Part shown: positions 1 through 11,575 of the stretch, piece after piece
How the letters are laid out: every line of letters starts with the position of its first letter
Position numbering within the stretch: the first letter of the stretch is position 1
Source of the DNA: Octopus bimaculoides
Taxonomy: Eukaryota
Direction of reading: 5' to 3'
NCBI RefSeq assembly: GCF_001194135.2
Contig: NC_068987.1
Coordinates: forward strand, 81,801,784-81,865,783
Length of the DNA stretch: 64,000 nucleotides
Notes under the pieces: generated by a model
The model's input: the letters and a program-made list of their open reading frames with translations, nothing else
Databases searched by the model: none
What the model was told of the DNA's origin: nothing
Program-made: the position numbers and the translations under genes

Positions 1-99
1 GTATATGTACATATATGTTTGTGTTTGTGTGTATACACATGCACACACACAGACACACACAAAGCTTTGTGAGTTGATTTGGTACATGGGTACATGATA

Positions 100-290
100 G
101 CTGAAATGAAACCTATCATATACATACATACAAGCATGCACACATGCATGCATACATACATACATACATACATACATACACACATACATACAAGCATGCA
201 TGCATGCAAGCATGCATACATGCATACACACACATACACACATACACACATACACACATACATGTTTATACGCACACATACATACATATG
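100..290. repeat. (TACA)/(CA)/(TGCA) compound microsatellite
   Basis: Direct reading. Confidence 0.9.
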
Positions 291-329
291 TTTGTATGTA
301 AGAGTTGTACTGAAAGACATGCAAAGGTA

Positions 330-560
330 GGCACAATTAACTGTCATCAGTTGTCCAAATAATTCTTCCTCACTTCACTGCATTACAGCACTTTCACTTC
401 ATCTCTGGCATGAAATCATTGTCCCCAAAGCCTTTTGTAGGATCAAACAGGTGGAAATTGGAGGGCACCAGATGGGGACTGTACAGCAGATAGGGAACCA
501 CTGGTCTGGTCAATTTACTAATAACCTTATTTGTGGCTAAAGGTGTGTCTGGTCATGTGA
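330..560 (-). mobile_element. Probable mariner-family transposase remnant
   Basis: Segment ...aaacaggtggaaattggagggcaccagatggggactgtacagcag... resembles the antisense of the mariner catalytic region; heavily decayed. Confidence 0.3.
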
Positions 561-2382
561 TGCTTTGGTGAATGTGGATCCATTTCAGATTATTGTTTGA
601 TCTTTTTCTCCTAGTGCTTTCTTTAAGCTTTTGTACTGGATTTCCAGTTTTTCATTGATGTTTACATCTTCAGCCAATATATACAGATAAAAGACAAACA
701 TATATGTATATTCAACCATACCTACATGTCTGAATACATATGCATCTGCAAACATTATTTTTCCTCAATATTCTCTTGCTGTTCCCAATACATAAGTTAG
801 CTTTTTGCCAAAAGGAAAAATAGAACTAACTAAACAAAATTATAACGTATGTGTTCTTTATTAGATATGAAAATACATAAATGACTGAAGAATGTAGAAT
901 TTGATGCCAAAATATGAAATAAACAATTGACTGTAAATATGACAGATTAGAAATTAATTTCAGAGAGATCTTTCAAAACAACATCTATCTTTTGCCAAGT
1001 TGTCACACACCAATTATCATTTTAAAAAATTTAATCACTGTTTGATGTATGCAAATAGGCAACTTACACATTTACACGCATATATACGCATTCACACCGA
1101 TATATTTATGTATCTATGTCACCAACCCTCACATGTTTCCAAACGAGGTTATACTTCTCATGGCCAGACATGTTTACAATGATTCTGCTACTATTTCAAC
1201 TACCAACTGAAATAGTTGCAGATTCACTGTAGATGTTTTCTGGTCCGTGGATTTTAAACTATGTTAAATCCTTCTGAATGTCCTAAACTTTGAAGTTCAT
1301 GAATTCATGTGATGAAAACGGTTTCTTGCAATGATGTAATGTTTTCATTAATCAATTAAAGGAGTCGTTAGAAACGGCTGTAATGGATTTCCCTCTGTAC
1401 CTCTACTGTTACTCATTTGCATTTTAGCTATCTAGCTATCTATCTATCTAAAGTGTGTGTGTATGTATATATATATATATATATATATCATCATCATCAT
1501 CATCATCATCATCATCGTTTAACGTCCGCTTTCNNNNNNNNNNNNNNNNNNNNNNNNNNNNNNNNNNNNNNNNNNNNNNNNNNNNNNNNNNNNNNNNNNN
1601 NNNNNNNNNNNNNNNNNNNNNNNNNNNNNNNNNNNNNNNNNNNNNNNNNNNNNNNNNNNNNNNNNNNNNNNNNNNNNNNNNNNNNNNNNNNNNNNNNNNN
1701 NNNNNNNNNNNNNNNNNNNNNNNNNNNNNNNNNNNNNNNNNNNNNNNNNNNNNNNNNNNNNNNNNNNNNNNNNNNNNNNNNNNNNNNNNNNNNNNNNNNN
1801 NNNNNNNNNNNNNNNNNNNNNNNNNNNNNNNNNNNNNNNNNNNNNNNNNNNNNNNNNNNNNNNNNNNNNNNNNNNNNNNNNNNNNNNNNNNNNNNNNNNN
1901 NNNNNNNNNNNNNNTATGTATATATGTGGCCTGCGTGTTTTTGTACCTTGTTTATCATTTTGTCCATGTTTTTTTGCAACGTCATGTACCCATCTATATG
2001 TACATGTAGATGAAGGTATGTACATACATGTACATATATATGCATATACTCATATATTGTTTGTATATATATATACAGAGAGAGAGAGAGAGAGAGAGGG
2101 GGGAGAGAGAGAGAGAGGGGGAGAGAGAGAGAGAGGGAGAGAGAGAGATACAGATGCACATATACATACAAACACGGAATGCCTCTGATTAAACATATGT
2201 GTTAAAAGGCATATTCTTCATGGAACTCTTTCTTGAAAGTAGGGATTCCTGAACAAAATGCTGATGCAAATTTTGTATTGAAAAGAAGAAAAATGCCCAT
2301 TGAAATTCAAAATATTGGAAACCCTTAAAAATGGATCTTCTACACAGGATAAAAAAAGTAAAGGTAAAAAAAATATCAAGTA

Positions 2383-2818
2383 TGCTGTTTATATTAGTCA
2401 GACTAATCTCCTCGCCTTGATTGTTGATTTCGCTAGGTTTTGTCTGTTGTATGCTCCAACTTTCTTCAGGTGTCTTATGTTGAACTTGGTTGTTGTATTG
2501 GAATTTTGAACCTAACTTTTTATACACTCTTCTCATTCTGCTTTCTGTGTTTCATGACATTTTTTGCTTCGGTTGATTTTTGGTGAATTACTTTAGTGCC
2601 TTGCCTGCAATTGAAAATCGCCGGAAGCAAAAAAGGTACAGAAAGTAGAATGAGAACTGTGTGCCCCCATGGATCAAATAATGGGTTAGGTTCAAAATTC
2701 CAATACAACAACCAAGTTCAACAGAACACACCTGAAGAAGGCTGGAGTATACAACAGTTGAAATGTAGTGAAATTAACAATCATGATGAAAACACCAATC
2801 CAACTAATATAAATAGCA
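2383..2818. repeat. Inverted duplication, arms 2383-2516 and 2685-2818, Penelope pseudo-LTR-like
   Basis: The two ORF-track peptides (LGSKFQYNNQVQHKTPEESWSIQQ on -, LGSKFQYNNQVQQNTPEEGWSIQQ on +) show the arms directly; lies just upstream of a PLE RT. Confidence 0.85.
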
Positions 2819-2869
2819 GACATAATATGAATTCTTCATCTCACAAATATAAAACTGTATTAAAAATTA

Positions 2870-4300
2870 TGTTAGTACCTTTCATGATACTTTGCTTAAA
2901 AATCCCTAGTAAACTAGATATTCCATTAGATAAGACAAAAATCTTTTATCAAGTTGTTAAATGTATGTACATGAAACCTTTTCCAGCAATATCACAAAAT
3001 AAAAGCATATAAGAAAGGTAACCCTAGTATGCATTAACAAGGAAATAGAAAAATTGGTCTGAATTTTTAAGATAAGTTTATTGAAAAAAATATTTAATTT
3101 TCTTCCCTTTGCATTACATTAATTTAAAAAAGTTAAAACCCAAATCTAATGTAACTGAGTCTTAATGCAGACTCATCAATGTTAATAAGACTGAGCTTAA
3201 AGGTTATCAAATATATACTAGATTCAGTCAGTGGTAGCATTGTGAAGGCCAATATCCTTTCTTGTCTGAAGTAATACTTCTTTAGTAACTGGTTGTTTTG
3301 ATAATATACATGCTAGACATAGCTGTAAATTTATATTCGATATTGTGGAATATTACCTATACATCACTGAATTTCCGTTAATGAAAGTGCTATATTTCAG
3401 CCAAAGGTTTATCACCTTTAGTAATTTGGATATCAATGTTATTATGCAGGTTAGAAAATATTTTCTTTCATTCATGTCTCATCCTATGTCCGACAGAGTG
3501 GCATGGAATTATGTTCCTGTGAGTTATTGGAGCTAAACTTTTTAGCTAATTGGTATTTTTATTTTAGACATCAATGAATTAAATTTAATTCTATAGAATT
3601 AAGCCTGTATAAACATGATGGACTAATTTTAACATAATAGAAACTGACACCAAATTGGGTTAGGAAAAATTGAAAACGTTCTAAAATTTTGATATTACAA
3701 TTGCTGTAAGAGACAAAAAGTAGTTTAGTTAATTTCTTCAACATTAATTTTAACCCAATTTTAGACACTTATAATCCGTTTATAAAACCTAGATAAAAAT
3801 GGTGGTATATGCACAAATAATCATCTTCCTGCTATTTAGAGGAATTTCTCTGATAATATCAACAAGAGAATTTCCAGTATATCCTCTGATAAAGAGATAT
3901 TCAATCATTCTACAGAATTTATAATGAGGCTTTAGGTTGATCAGGTAATTCTAATTCAATAATACTATAAAAAGAAGGTTGTAGGCTATAATCCACTGCT
4001 TAATTTGATATCATCTCTAATATTACCTGCTCTTTCTTGCATTAATAAACAAGTATTTTCCTCCTAAGGCTTCATAAGATTTTAATTGGATTAGTATTAT
4101 GATGAAATACAATTGTATTATATTGATAATGAAGATAAAAGAGGTACAACACTCTCTAACTACATCTGGAATGTGAAAGATAATGGCGTTCTTAGTTACA
4201 GTACTGATTGGATGGCTAATCCACACAATGTATTATCATTGGCTTCAAATGTTCTCTCTCACTATCTGAGATATTCAACATCTTGATACAACCACCATAT
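2870..4300 (+). mobile_element. Degenerate Penelope-like element (RT plus GIY-YIG C-terminus, internally deleted)
   Basis: Broken frames give IPLDKT.IFY, FDIVEYY (FDIVEFYP-like), LYKHDGL (LYRDDGL-like), VNFFNINF, NHLPAI, LINKYFP..LHKI, TTLSNYIWNVKDN. Confidence 0.8.
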
Positions 4301-5229
4301 CTATTGAATTGAAAATTATAATCATTTTCTTTGTGTCCTTATCAAAGGGAATTTATTCTGTAAGCATTTCCACTGCCTATGTATCAATGTCCATTATGTT
4401 AAGAACCTGTGGCATGTCTTTCCATACTTGCTTCAGTTTTTGACTGTTTATCTTTTGTCCATTTGTCTTTTAGGACATGGCTTTTGTATGCCCCTCATCA
4501 TCCCTTATCTAATATAAATGTCCCTTACAGATATCCTTTAATGAAAGAAGGAACGATACGAGATATTCCTTTTTTGTGTGATATTTATTGTTAAAGGAAC
4601 CCACACATCTATGAATTTGTATAGTACCTGTCAAGTGTTTTTAAATAAAAGCTAAACTTGATAATAAGTTATAGAGCTCATTTGTAGAAAGCACTTACAG
4701 TGAGAACTATTGAATGGAAAGGTCATCTGTTGTTACAAAAGTTTTAATGCACAACTGTGACTGAAGTCATCTAACCACTGAGCTTGTTGCATAATGTCAC
4801 CTGGCAACATTTTATGCACCAATGTTGATATATGTGTGCGTATGTTTGATATTTATGTTTGTGTACTTAACAAGCACAAACTTGCTATTTAGACACCAGG
4901 TATTGATATTTTCTTTCTAAGTACCTAGACTTTGTTTTTATGTGTCTTTCTGTTTTCGCCTAAGACAAACAAATTGGTCACCAGGCATGACTTCATAAAA
5001 TAAATTTTCAAAAATTTCTCACCAACCACCAAACAAAATATTACTAAGCTTTGATTGAAAGAAAGTGAAAGTGCTATGCTAAACTCAAAGATATCCAAAC
5101 TAGTGTGTTTACTTCTATTTTATTTATTCGTTTGTTTTTATTTTGTTGAATTCTCTGTTGTATGCAGATGACTTCCTCAGTCAACTGGCTGTCATGCTAC
5201 TTTGGTTCTATTATTTTTCTTGCAAACTT

Positions 5230-5440
5230 CCTAAGACCAAATGAAGAATGGAGTGACAAACAAACAAATAAAAAAAAAATGGGAAGTATATGGAACACCT
5301 GAAAGTGAGGGAGTGTACAGAGTAGCTTTGCTTATTGAAAATGTTGTGCAGGAAGGCTGGTTGGGCATCCCTTATGATAGACATTACATATCCAACAGCA
5401 ATAACAAAACCAAGAGTGAGCATCTGGAACAGGTCCCTCA

Positions 5441-5444
<4 letters not shown>
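5230..5444 (+). mobile_element. Possible LINE (RTE-like) AP-endonuclease fragment
   Basis: MGSIWNT and GVYRVALLIE...GIPYDRHYI loosely resemble IGTWNV and GVA.IV...PVSDRII motifs. Confidence 0.3.

Positions 5445-5494
<50 letters not shown>
5444..5494. repeat. (AAT)n microsatellite
   Basis: Direct reading. Confidence 0.95.
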
Positions 5495-5496
<2 letters not shown>

Positions 5497-5498
<2 letters not shown>

Positions 5499-6035
5499 CC
5501 AGGCAGTGGCTGTCATGGCTTTTGATCTTAACTGACTGGAAGTTTTAACATGTACATGTTTTGTCTTGGTATAAAAGATGGGCTACAGCAAATATTCTGC
5601 TCAATACCACAGATTTGCTTGTCAGTTGTTTGACCTTAACCAGTTGAGTATGTCCCTTGGTGGCTAATGATATGTGCATCTCTGATTATCAGCCAAAGTA
5701 GTGGGGGAGTATCATATAGCCATGTGTTGAGTGGTATTCTTTGGGGTTTGAATAATTCACCTCTGGAAACATGGGTGGTTTGTTCATCATCTTTAAACAG
5801 CCCTTATTTGGGAACACTTTGAGCAGGATAGGCTACTTGACCTGAAAACAATTCTAACTGGGCCCCACCTACTAGTTCATTTGCTATCTATCTTGATATA
5901 AGGTCACCATGTCGTGCACATATTGTTGTGATGTATGCACCTAGTGTACCCTTATCAGATGGGTAGTATTGATGGGTATATTGGGCTTTGTATATTGTAC
6001 CCTGACATCATTTTGACAACACATGCTGCTCTCAT
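5497..6035 (-). mobile_element. About 530-bp unclassified interspersed repeat, copy 1
   Basis: Collinear with 16070-16590 over its whole length; abuts (AAT)n. Confidence 0.75.
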
Positions 6036-6039
6036 TCAA

Positions 6040-6290
6040 TCATCATCATCGTTTAACGTCCGCTTTCCATGCTAGTATGGGTTGGACGATTTGACTGAGG
6101 ACTGGTGAAACCGGATGGCAACACCAGGCTCCAATCTAATTTGGCAGAGTTTAATAGTAATGATAATAATCGTTTCTACTAAAGGCACAAGGTCTGAAAT
6201 TTTATGGGCGTGGCTTAGTCAATTACATCAACCCAGTACTCAACTGGTACTCATTTTATCAACCCTGAAAGGATGAAAGGCAAAGTCCAC
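6040..6290 (-). mobile_element. RTE-type 3' tail fragment plus truncated tRNA-derived SINE
   Basis: catcatcatcgtttaacgtccgctttccatgctag... tail, then ...gaaaggatgaaaggcaaagtc... core. Confidence 0.75.
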
Positions 6291-6623
6291 CAGAGTGTTT
6301 TATGAAGGCCAACATGTGGTCTGCATTTAATAGCTTCACTGATGCCATAGCTTTTACATATTATCAATTGCCACTACAAATCAGAGAACATAGAATGTTA
6401 CAATATTGGTTATTATGGCCGTTTGAACAATTGACCGTAACATTTTCCCACCTCCAAGAAGTGAAGAGTTAAACTTGTCTTTGTATAGAGTCTGATGAGC
6501 TGTCCACAAGTCCTTTGTGGATTGGTCACTGTAAGACCAGACATTAACTTTAGTGATTTAATAATATATAGATAGATAAATAAATAATTAAATATATATA
6601 TAGGTGTGTGTGTGTGTGTACTT

Positions 6624-6802
6624 TATTTGTGTATTAAGGCTACCATTGGTTTCATGTTAAGAAAATATCTTAATATCTTAACAATTTTTCAAGCTGATCG
6701 TGTGGAGGAAGGCATTTGTCTCGATTTTGGATTAATAGAAAATTGTTAAGATATTAAAATATTTTCTTAACATGAAACTAACGGTAGCCTCAATACACAA
6801 AT
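6624..6802. repeat. Inverted duplication, arms 6624-6688 and 6739-6802
   Basis: tatttgtgtattaaggctaccattggtttcatgttaagaaaatat... versus ...atattttcttaacatgaaactaacggtagcctcaatacacaaata. Confidence 0.9.
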
Positions 6803-6864
6803 AGAGAATTTTTGTCCTCCAATGCAGTATTGAGCACTCATTCTCATTGTTCATCATTTACGTA

Positions 6865-6941
6865 ACTAGGTAGGTAGGTGGGTAGGTAGGTAAGTAGGTA
6901 GGTATACAGACAGCTAGACAGACAAATAGATAGACAGACAA

Positions 6942-7000
<59 letters not shown>

Positions 7001-7045
7001 TGCAAATGCATATGTATGTACACATATATATATGTATGTATATAC
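6865..7045. repeat. Compound (TAGG)/(GACA)/(GATA)n microsatellite
   Basis: Direct reading. Confidence 0.95.
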
Positions 7046-7665
7046 ATGAGGGTGTGATGAGGGAATTTTTAAGTACACACATCACTTATTTATTTTTCCG
7101 GTTGTCTGGAATTTAATTCCTTCAGTTTTTAGAAAAGCTATGCTTCATTTCATTCTTCACCAATGAGATTCACGCTACGCTGAACTGCTATAAATAGTGA
7201 ATGTGTGGTTATAAAGTTCCTTTCTTCCTCTGGAGATCATTAAAATTTAGGAGTAACGCTTAGAAAAATTTAATAGATATTTAATATTTATAAAGTGTGT
7301 GATTGTGTCTCATTATTTATAATTGTCTCCGTTGTTCATTATTGTGTTGTTTTATAAGACAGAAGAGTGAGAGGCTCTATTATGAAGTAAAATAATGTGA
7401 TAAAAATAAATAGGATGATAAATAAATAATACTTTTGTGATATGGTTGAGCTATAATAATTTTAAACAAATCATGTAAATAGTGTTATATCAACAATAAT
7501 TTTGGTCTTTCTTGAGTTTTGGGCATCACTTAGGAAGAAAAAAAGTGAAATAAAAGGAAAAATTTTTTGTTGGATGCAAAACGGTGCTAACTGTTGAATG
7601 ACAAAAGAATAATGTCATGAAGCTAATGGTCACTCACAGAATTTTCAGGTTGAACATGAAATTTG

Positions 7666-7988
7666 TTTTGTTGTATCTTGGGATAGTCATTATGCCAATA
7701 GTGAACACACTCACTGGTTCTGTTGTCACTTCTTTATTTTTATTAATCAACTGGCTAACTTATTAACTAATTGATTGTTTGATTAATCTTTCAGACAATC
7801 AATCTATCTGTCATTTTTGTTAAAGCCTTTTTGTCATGATGGCATTCCCGCTCTACTCCAAGTTTTCTTCAAACAACCAATTAGTTAATTGGTTAACTAG
7901 TTGAGTAACAATAATAAAAGAAGTGAAACAGAACCATAGTGTGTGTGTTTTGTTATTGACATAATGACCCACCTGGGACACAACAAAA
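7666..7988. repeat. Inverted duplication, arms 7666-7782 and 7869-7988; same family as 62030-62490
   Basis: ttttgttgtatcttggga..gtcattatgccaata..tggttctgtt.tcacttct.. matches the reverse complement of the right arm and the 62 kb PLE end. Confidence 0.8.
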
Positions 7989-8704
7989 ACTGTTTCAGCA
8001 TATGAGTTCACAAACCAAATACAAAAGCAATGTATGAAATCTATAATCAATAAAAAAAAAGGGAAAGTAAATTGGTTATAATAGCTAAAGGAAGATCTCT
8101 CTTAAATGCTCCTTCTTAATAAAATGTTATTATTTTATAGAATATATAAAATATGCTGCTTTGTTCTGAAGTATATTTCACTAGTATATTAGATATTAGA
8201 ATGCATAACTTTTGTTCTTCAGTACATTTAAATATAAAACAATGCATTTACTTATTGTAGGGCAATGAGCTGGCAGAAACGTTAGCATGCTGGGCGAAAT
8301 GCTTAGCGATATTTCGTCTGCCGTTAAATTCTGAGTTAAAATTCCGCCGATTGATTTTGCCTTTTACAAGATGGTTGACTGTGACTTCAGAAACTTCAAA
8401 GCTACTGTCACCCTTCTTTTGGTAAACGTTTCATGTGTGTGTGTATCTGTGTCTGTGTGTGTGTGTATCTGTGTGTGTGTGTGTATCTGTGTGTTCACAC
8501 ATACACATACGCATATATATATTTATATATTATATTATTTTATTTGTTTCAGTCATTTGACTGCAGCCATCCTGGAGCACCACCTTTAGTCAAACAAATC
8601 GACCCCAGGACTTATTCTTTGTAAGCCTGGGGACGTAAACACACCAACATCAGTTGTCAAGCGATGTTGGGGTGGGGTGGGGGGACAAACACAGACAAAC
8701 AAAC

Positions 8705-9985
8705 ATCGCAAAAAATAGTTTTCCTAATAATCATAAGTATCACCATATACTTAATAGACCAACAATTAAAATTTCTTTTTCCACATTGCTGAACATAGGA
8801 TCAATCATCACCAGCTTTAATAGATGAAAACTTAATAAATATAAATATATGTTTAAGAAATTAAGAAATAATAGTAATACTAGTAAAGAAATACACAATA
8901 TTACTCAATATAAAACTAGTTTAAGAGGTAGCATAATGGAAATACACAGCAATACTATAACATTAACTGAATCTCAACAAAATTGTAATAATTATATATT
9001 TCAAAATTTGCAAACCACTGGATATGATAGGACTCTAGATAATCCAATACCACAATCTAATAACAATAGTAATACACAAACAGTGAATTTACTTAATGCT
9101 CTTATAAATATTTCCACAATAAATTCAGCTATAACACCACACACCATAATGAATAATCCTAATACCATAAAATCTAATACCACAGAACAGAAACATATAA
9201 CTAAATATTGCACATGTAAAAATAATAAGTTATGTCCTTTAGAAGGCAAATGTAGAAGGTTCAACGTTATATATAAACGTACTGTTACTAAAACTGCTAA
9301 CTCACATAGTAAGATATAAATGGGGAGCTTCATTAACTTTAACCCATAAAGTGCTGGGATTTGCACTTACATAGCATGGACTGCTGAGCACATTTTATGA
9401 AAATGAGACTACCATGCACACATAAAAAACAAAAAACATAGTTAAAATATCTTAGTATATAATGGTGGCAAGTTTTACATCTGAAAAGTCATTAGTGGAA
9501 CTATTTATTAGTCCTCTTGCATTCTGGTAGGAGGGGTATCGGAGTGTTTGTGTGACATTAGACCCCAACAAACGCCCATAAATTAAATGCATCTATCTGG
9601 GCCATGATTGTGGCCTGTCGACTTGTGCCTGACAGCCATGGTCATGTCCTGTCATGCTTTATGTGTTAAACAAAGATTTTTAGCCCATAAACACTCATTT
9701 AAACTGAATATTATGAACAACACTACCTCATTGGCTGCATATATATATAAACTCAAACTAAAAAATGTCAACTATAAATTACCCTGGTCAGTTATCAACT
9801 CAGCTATACCACATACCCACAAATCTTCTATTTGCCATCAATCTACAGAAGAATCACTTTACATATTACTATATAAACAAAATAATTTAATTAATTGCCA
9901 ATTGAAAGCATTATCCACATGTAGACATCAGTTTTATAAAACTTTTAAACACTATAAGAGATCATTAAGAAAAGCTTCACATTAA
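8705..9985 (+). mobile_element. Penelope-like element 3' half (RT thumb, Asn-rich linker, Cys cluster, GIY-YIG endonuclease) interrupted by a MITE
   Basis: NHKYHHILNRPTIKISF; CTCKNNKLCPLEGKC...VIY; K.[Y]MGS..NFKQRFLAHKHSFK; TSLAAYIYKLK; TCRHQ. Confidence 0.85.
9343..9665. mobile_element. piggyBac-like MITE (323 bp) with TTAA target duplication
   Basis: TTAA 9339-9342 + CCCATAAAG ... CTTTATGTG + TTAA 9666-9669; removal restores the PLE frame. Confidence 0.75.
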
Positions 9986-10794
9986 TATTTTGTAATTTAT
10001 GTTTTATTATCATAATAAAATATAAGGATTATTGTGAGTGAAAAATTAATAAAATTAAAATATTTTAAATCAAACAAATATTCACAAGATATAGGATTAT
10101 CCATTAAATAAATACTTAGAATTTATCCTCTTGAAATTTGAACCCATACTCTTTTAATATGTAACTAATTGACTTTAAATGTAATACAATTATTTACTCT
10201 ATAGCAAGTCAATACAAAACCTATCTACATTTGCATAAAATATAAATTAATAATGGTATCTTCTCATTTTATCTCAATAATGGTATCTTCTGGTTTTATC
10301 TCAATAAAAATTAAAGCAACAAATAATCACTTTTATTCTCTCACATTTATGGATTACACATGGAAGAAGAAATGGATGATTGAAATTCTATCTTTGTACA
10401 GCCTATACGAATTTTTACAATGGATTTATTCTACATTTTTAGAATTTTAGCACAAATTTATATCAACACTATATGTATACCAATAATTTTTTTAAAGACA
10501 TTTTCCACATTTGCTTTAAACAGCATTTTCTTCATTCTATTTCCTCCACTGAAATTCATCCTTTTGTCTTGATTTTCTGATGAATGGACATATTCTTCCC
10601 AACGATGCTTATCAACTTTAGATTTTATTTCAAGAAGCATATTCATGAAACAATCATAAGAACTTTTAAACATTTTAAAACTTTTTAATAATCATGACTG
10701 TACTTATTTATTAATGCAATATTGCTAATATTATATACTTATCTTTATTATGATTTTTAAGATATAACTATTCCACTATTTTACTCTCTAATAT

Positions 10795-11285
10795 ATATGA
10801 CAGGCTTCTTTCAGTTTCTGTCTTACCAAACCCCCTCACAAGTCTTTGGTCAGCCCAAGGCTATAGTAGAAGACAGCTGCCCAAGGTGCCACGCCGTGAG
10901 ATTGAACCCAGAACCATGTTATCTAAATATATATATATATATACATAGGCACAGTTGTGGCTGTGTGGTAAGAAGTTTGGTTCCCAACCACAGGGTTCTG
11001 TGTTCTGTCCCACTGCCTAGTACTTTGGGAAAGTGTCTTCTACTATAAGTCCAGAAATTGAAAGAAGTTTGTCGTGTGTGTGTTTGTCTGCCTGTCCCTC
11101 ACTACTGCATAATAACTGTTGTAGGTTTGTTTATGTCCCTGTAGCTTAGCAGTTCTGCAAAAACAGACTGATAAAACAAATACAAGGTTTTTAAAAATAA
11201 TTCCTAGAGTTGATTCATTTGTCTAAAATTCTTCAAAGTGATGCCCCAGCATGGCTGCAATCTAAGGACTGAAATGAGTAAAAAA
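10795..11285. mobile_element. Two fragments of the CORE-like tRNA SINE in opposite orientation
   Basis: Match to the 45683-46085 copy (- at about 10795-10915, + at about 10945-11285). Confidence 0.75.
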
Positions 11286-11397
11286 ACTAGAAGAATGTAT
11301 ATATGTGTGTATAAATATCACACACACAATCATACAGATAATTATCTGTGCAAAAATTATAGTATATTATATTTTATTTCTTTGATTCATAATCAAG

Positions 11398-11441
11398 ATA
11401 CTCAGTAAATGAAGTTTCTAGAAACAAACTTTCATTTTACT
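11398..11441 (+). CDS. Candidate coding exon (phase 2 to 1), YSVNEVSRNKLSFY
   Basis: Acceptor ttcataatcaag|, donor |GTAAGT followed by a long T run; open in only one frame; phase fits the next candidate. Confidence 0.4.
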
Positions 11442-11444
11442 GTA

Positions 11445-11475
<31 letters not shown>

Positions 11476-11518
11476 CATTTTTGTGATTGAAAAAATTAAT
11501 CATAAATGATCTGTTCAG

Positions 11519-11575
11519 TTCTGTTGCTTAGAGGTTTCTCCGGTTCCTTCGTATCCCTTGTTAGAACCAAAATAA
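11519..11575 (+). CDS. Candidate coding exon (phase 1 to 1), (F)LLLRGFSGSFVSLVRTKI
   Basis: Acceptor ctgttcag|, donor |GTGACT; 77-nt intron from the previous candidate; phases fit on both sides. Confidence 0.35.
   Translation, partial: FCCLEVSPVPSYPLLEPK

Noticed and set aside
5168-5204. Strong acceptor followed by DDFLSQLAVMLL
   Set aside because: Donor is weak (GTTCTA), joining it to 11398 creates TGA, and the flanking DNA looks like a LINE remnant.
10458-10673. Minus-strand 71-aa ORF (MFKSSYDCFMNMLLEIK...)
   Set aside because: No splice context or recognisable motif; lies in AT-rich PLE-adjacent debris.
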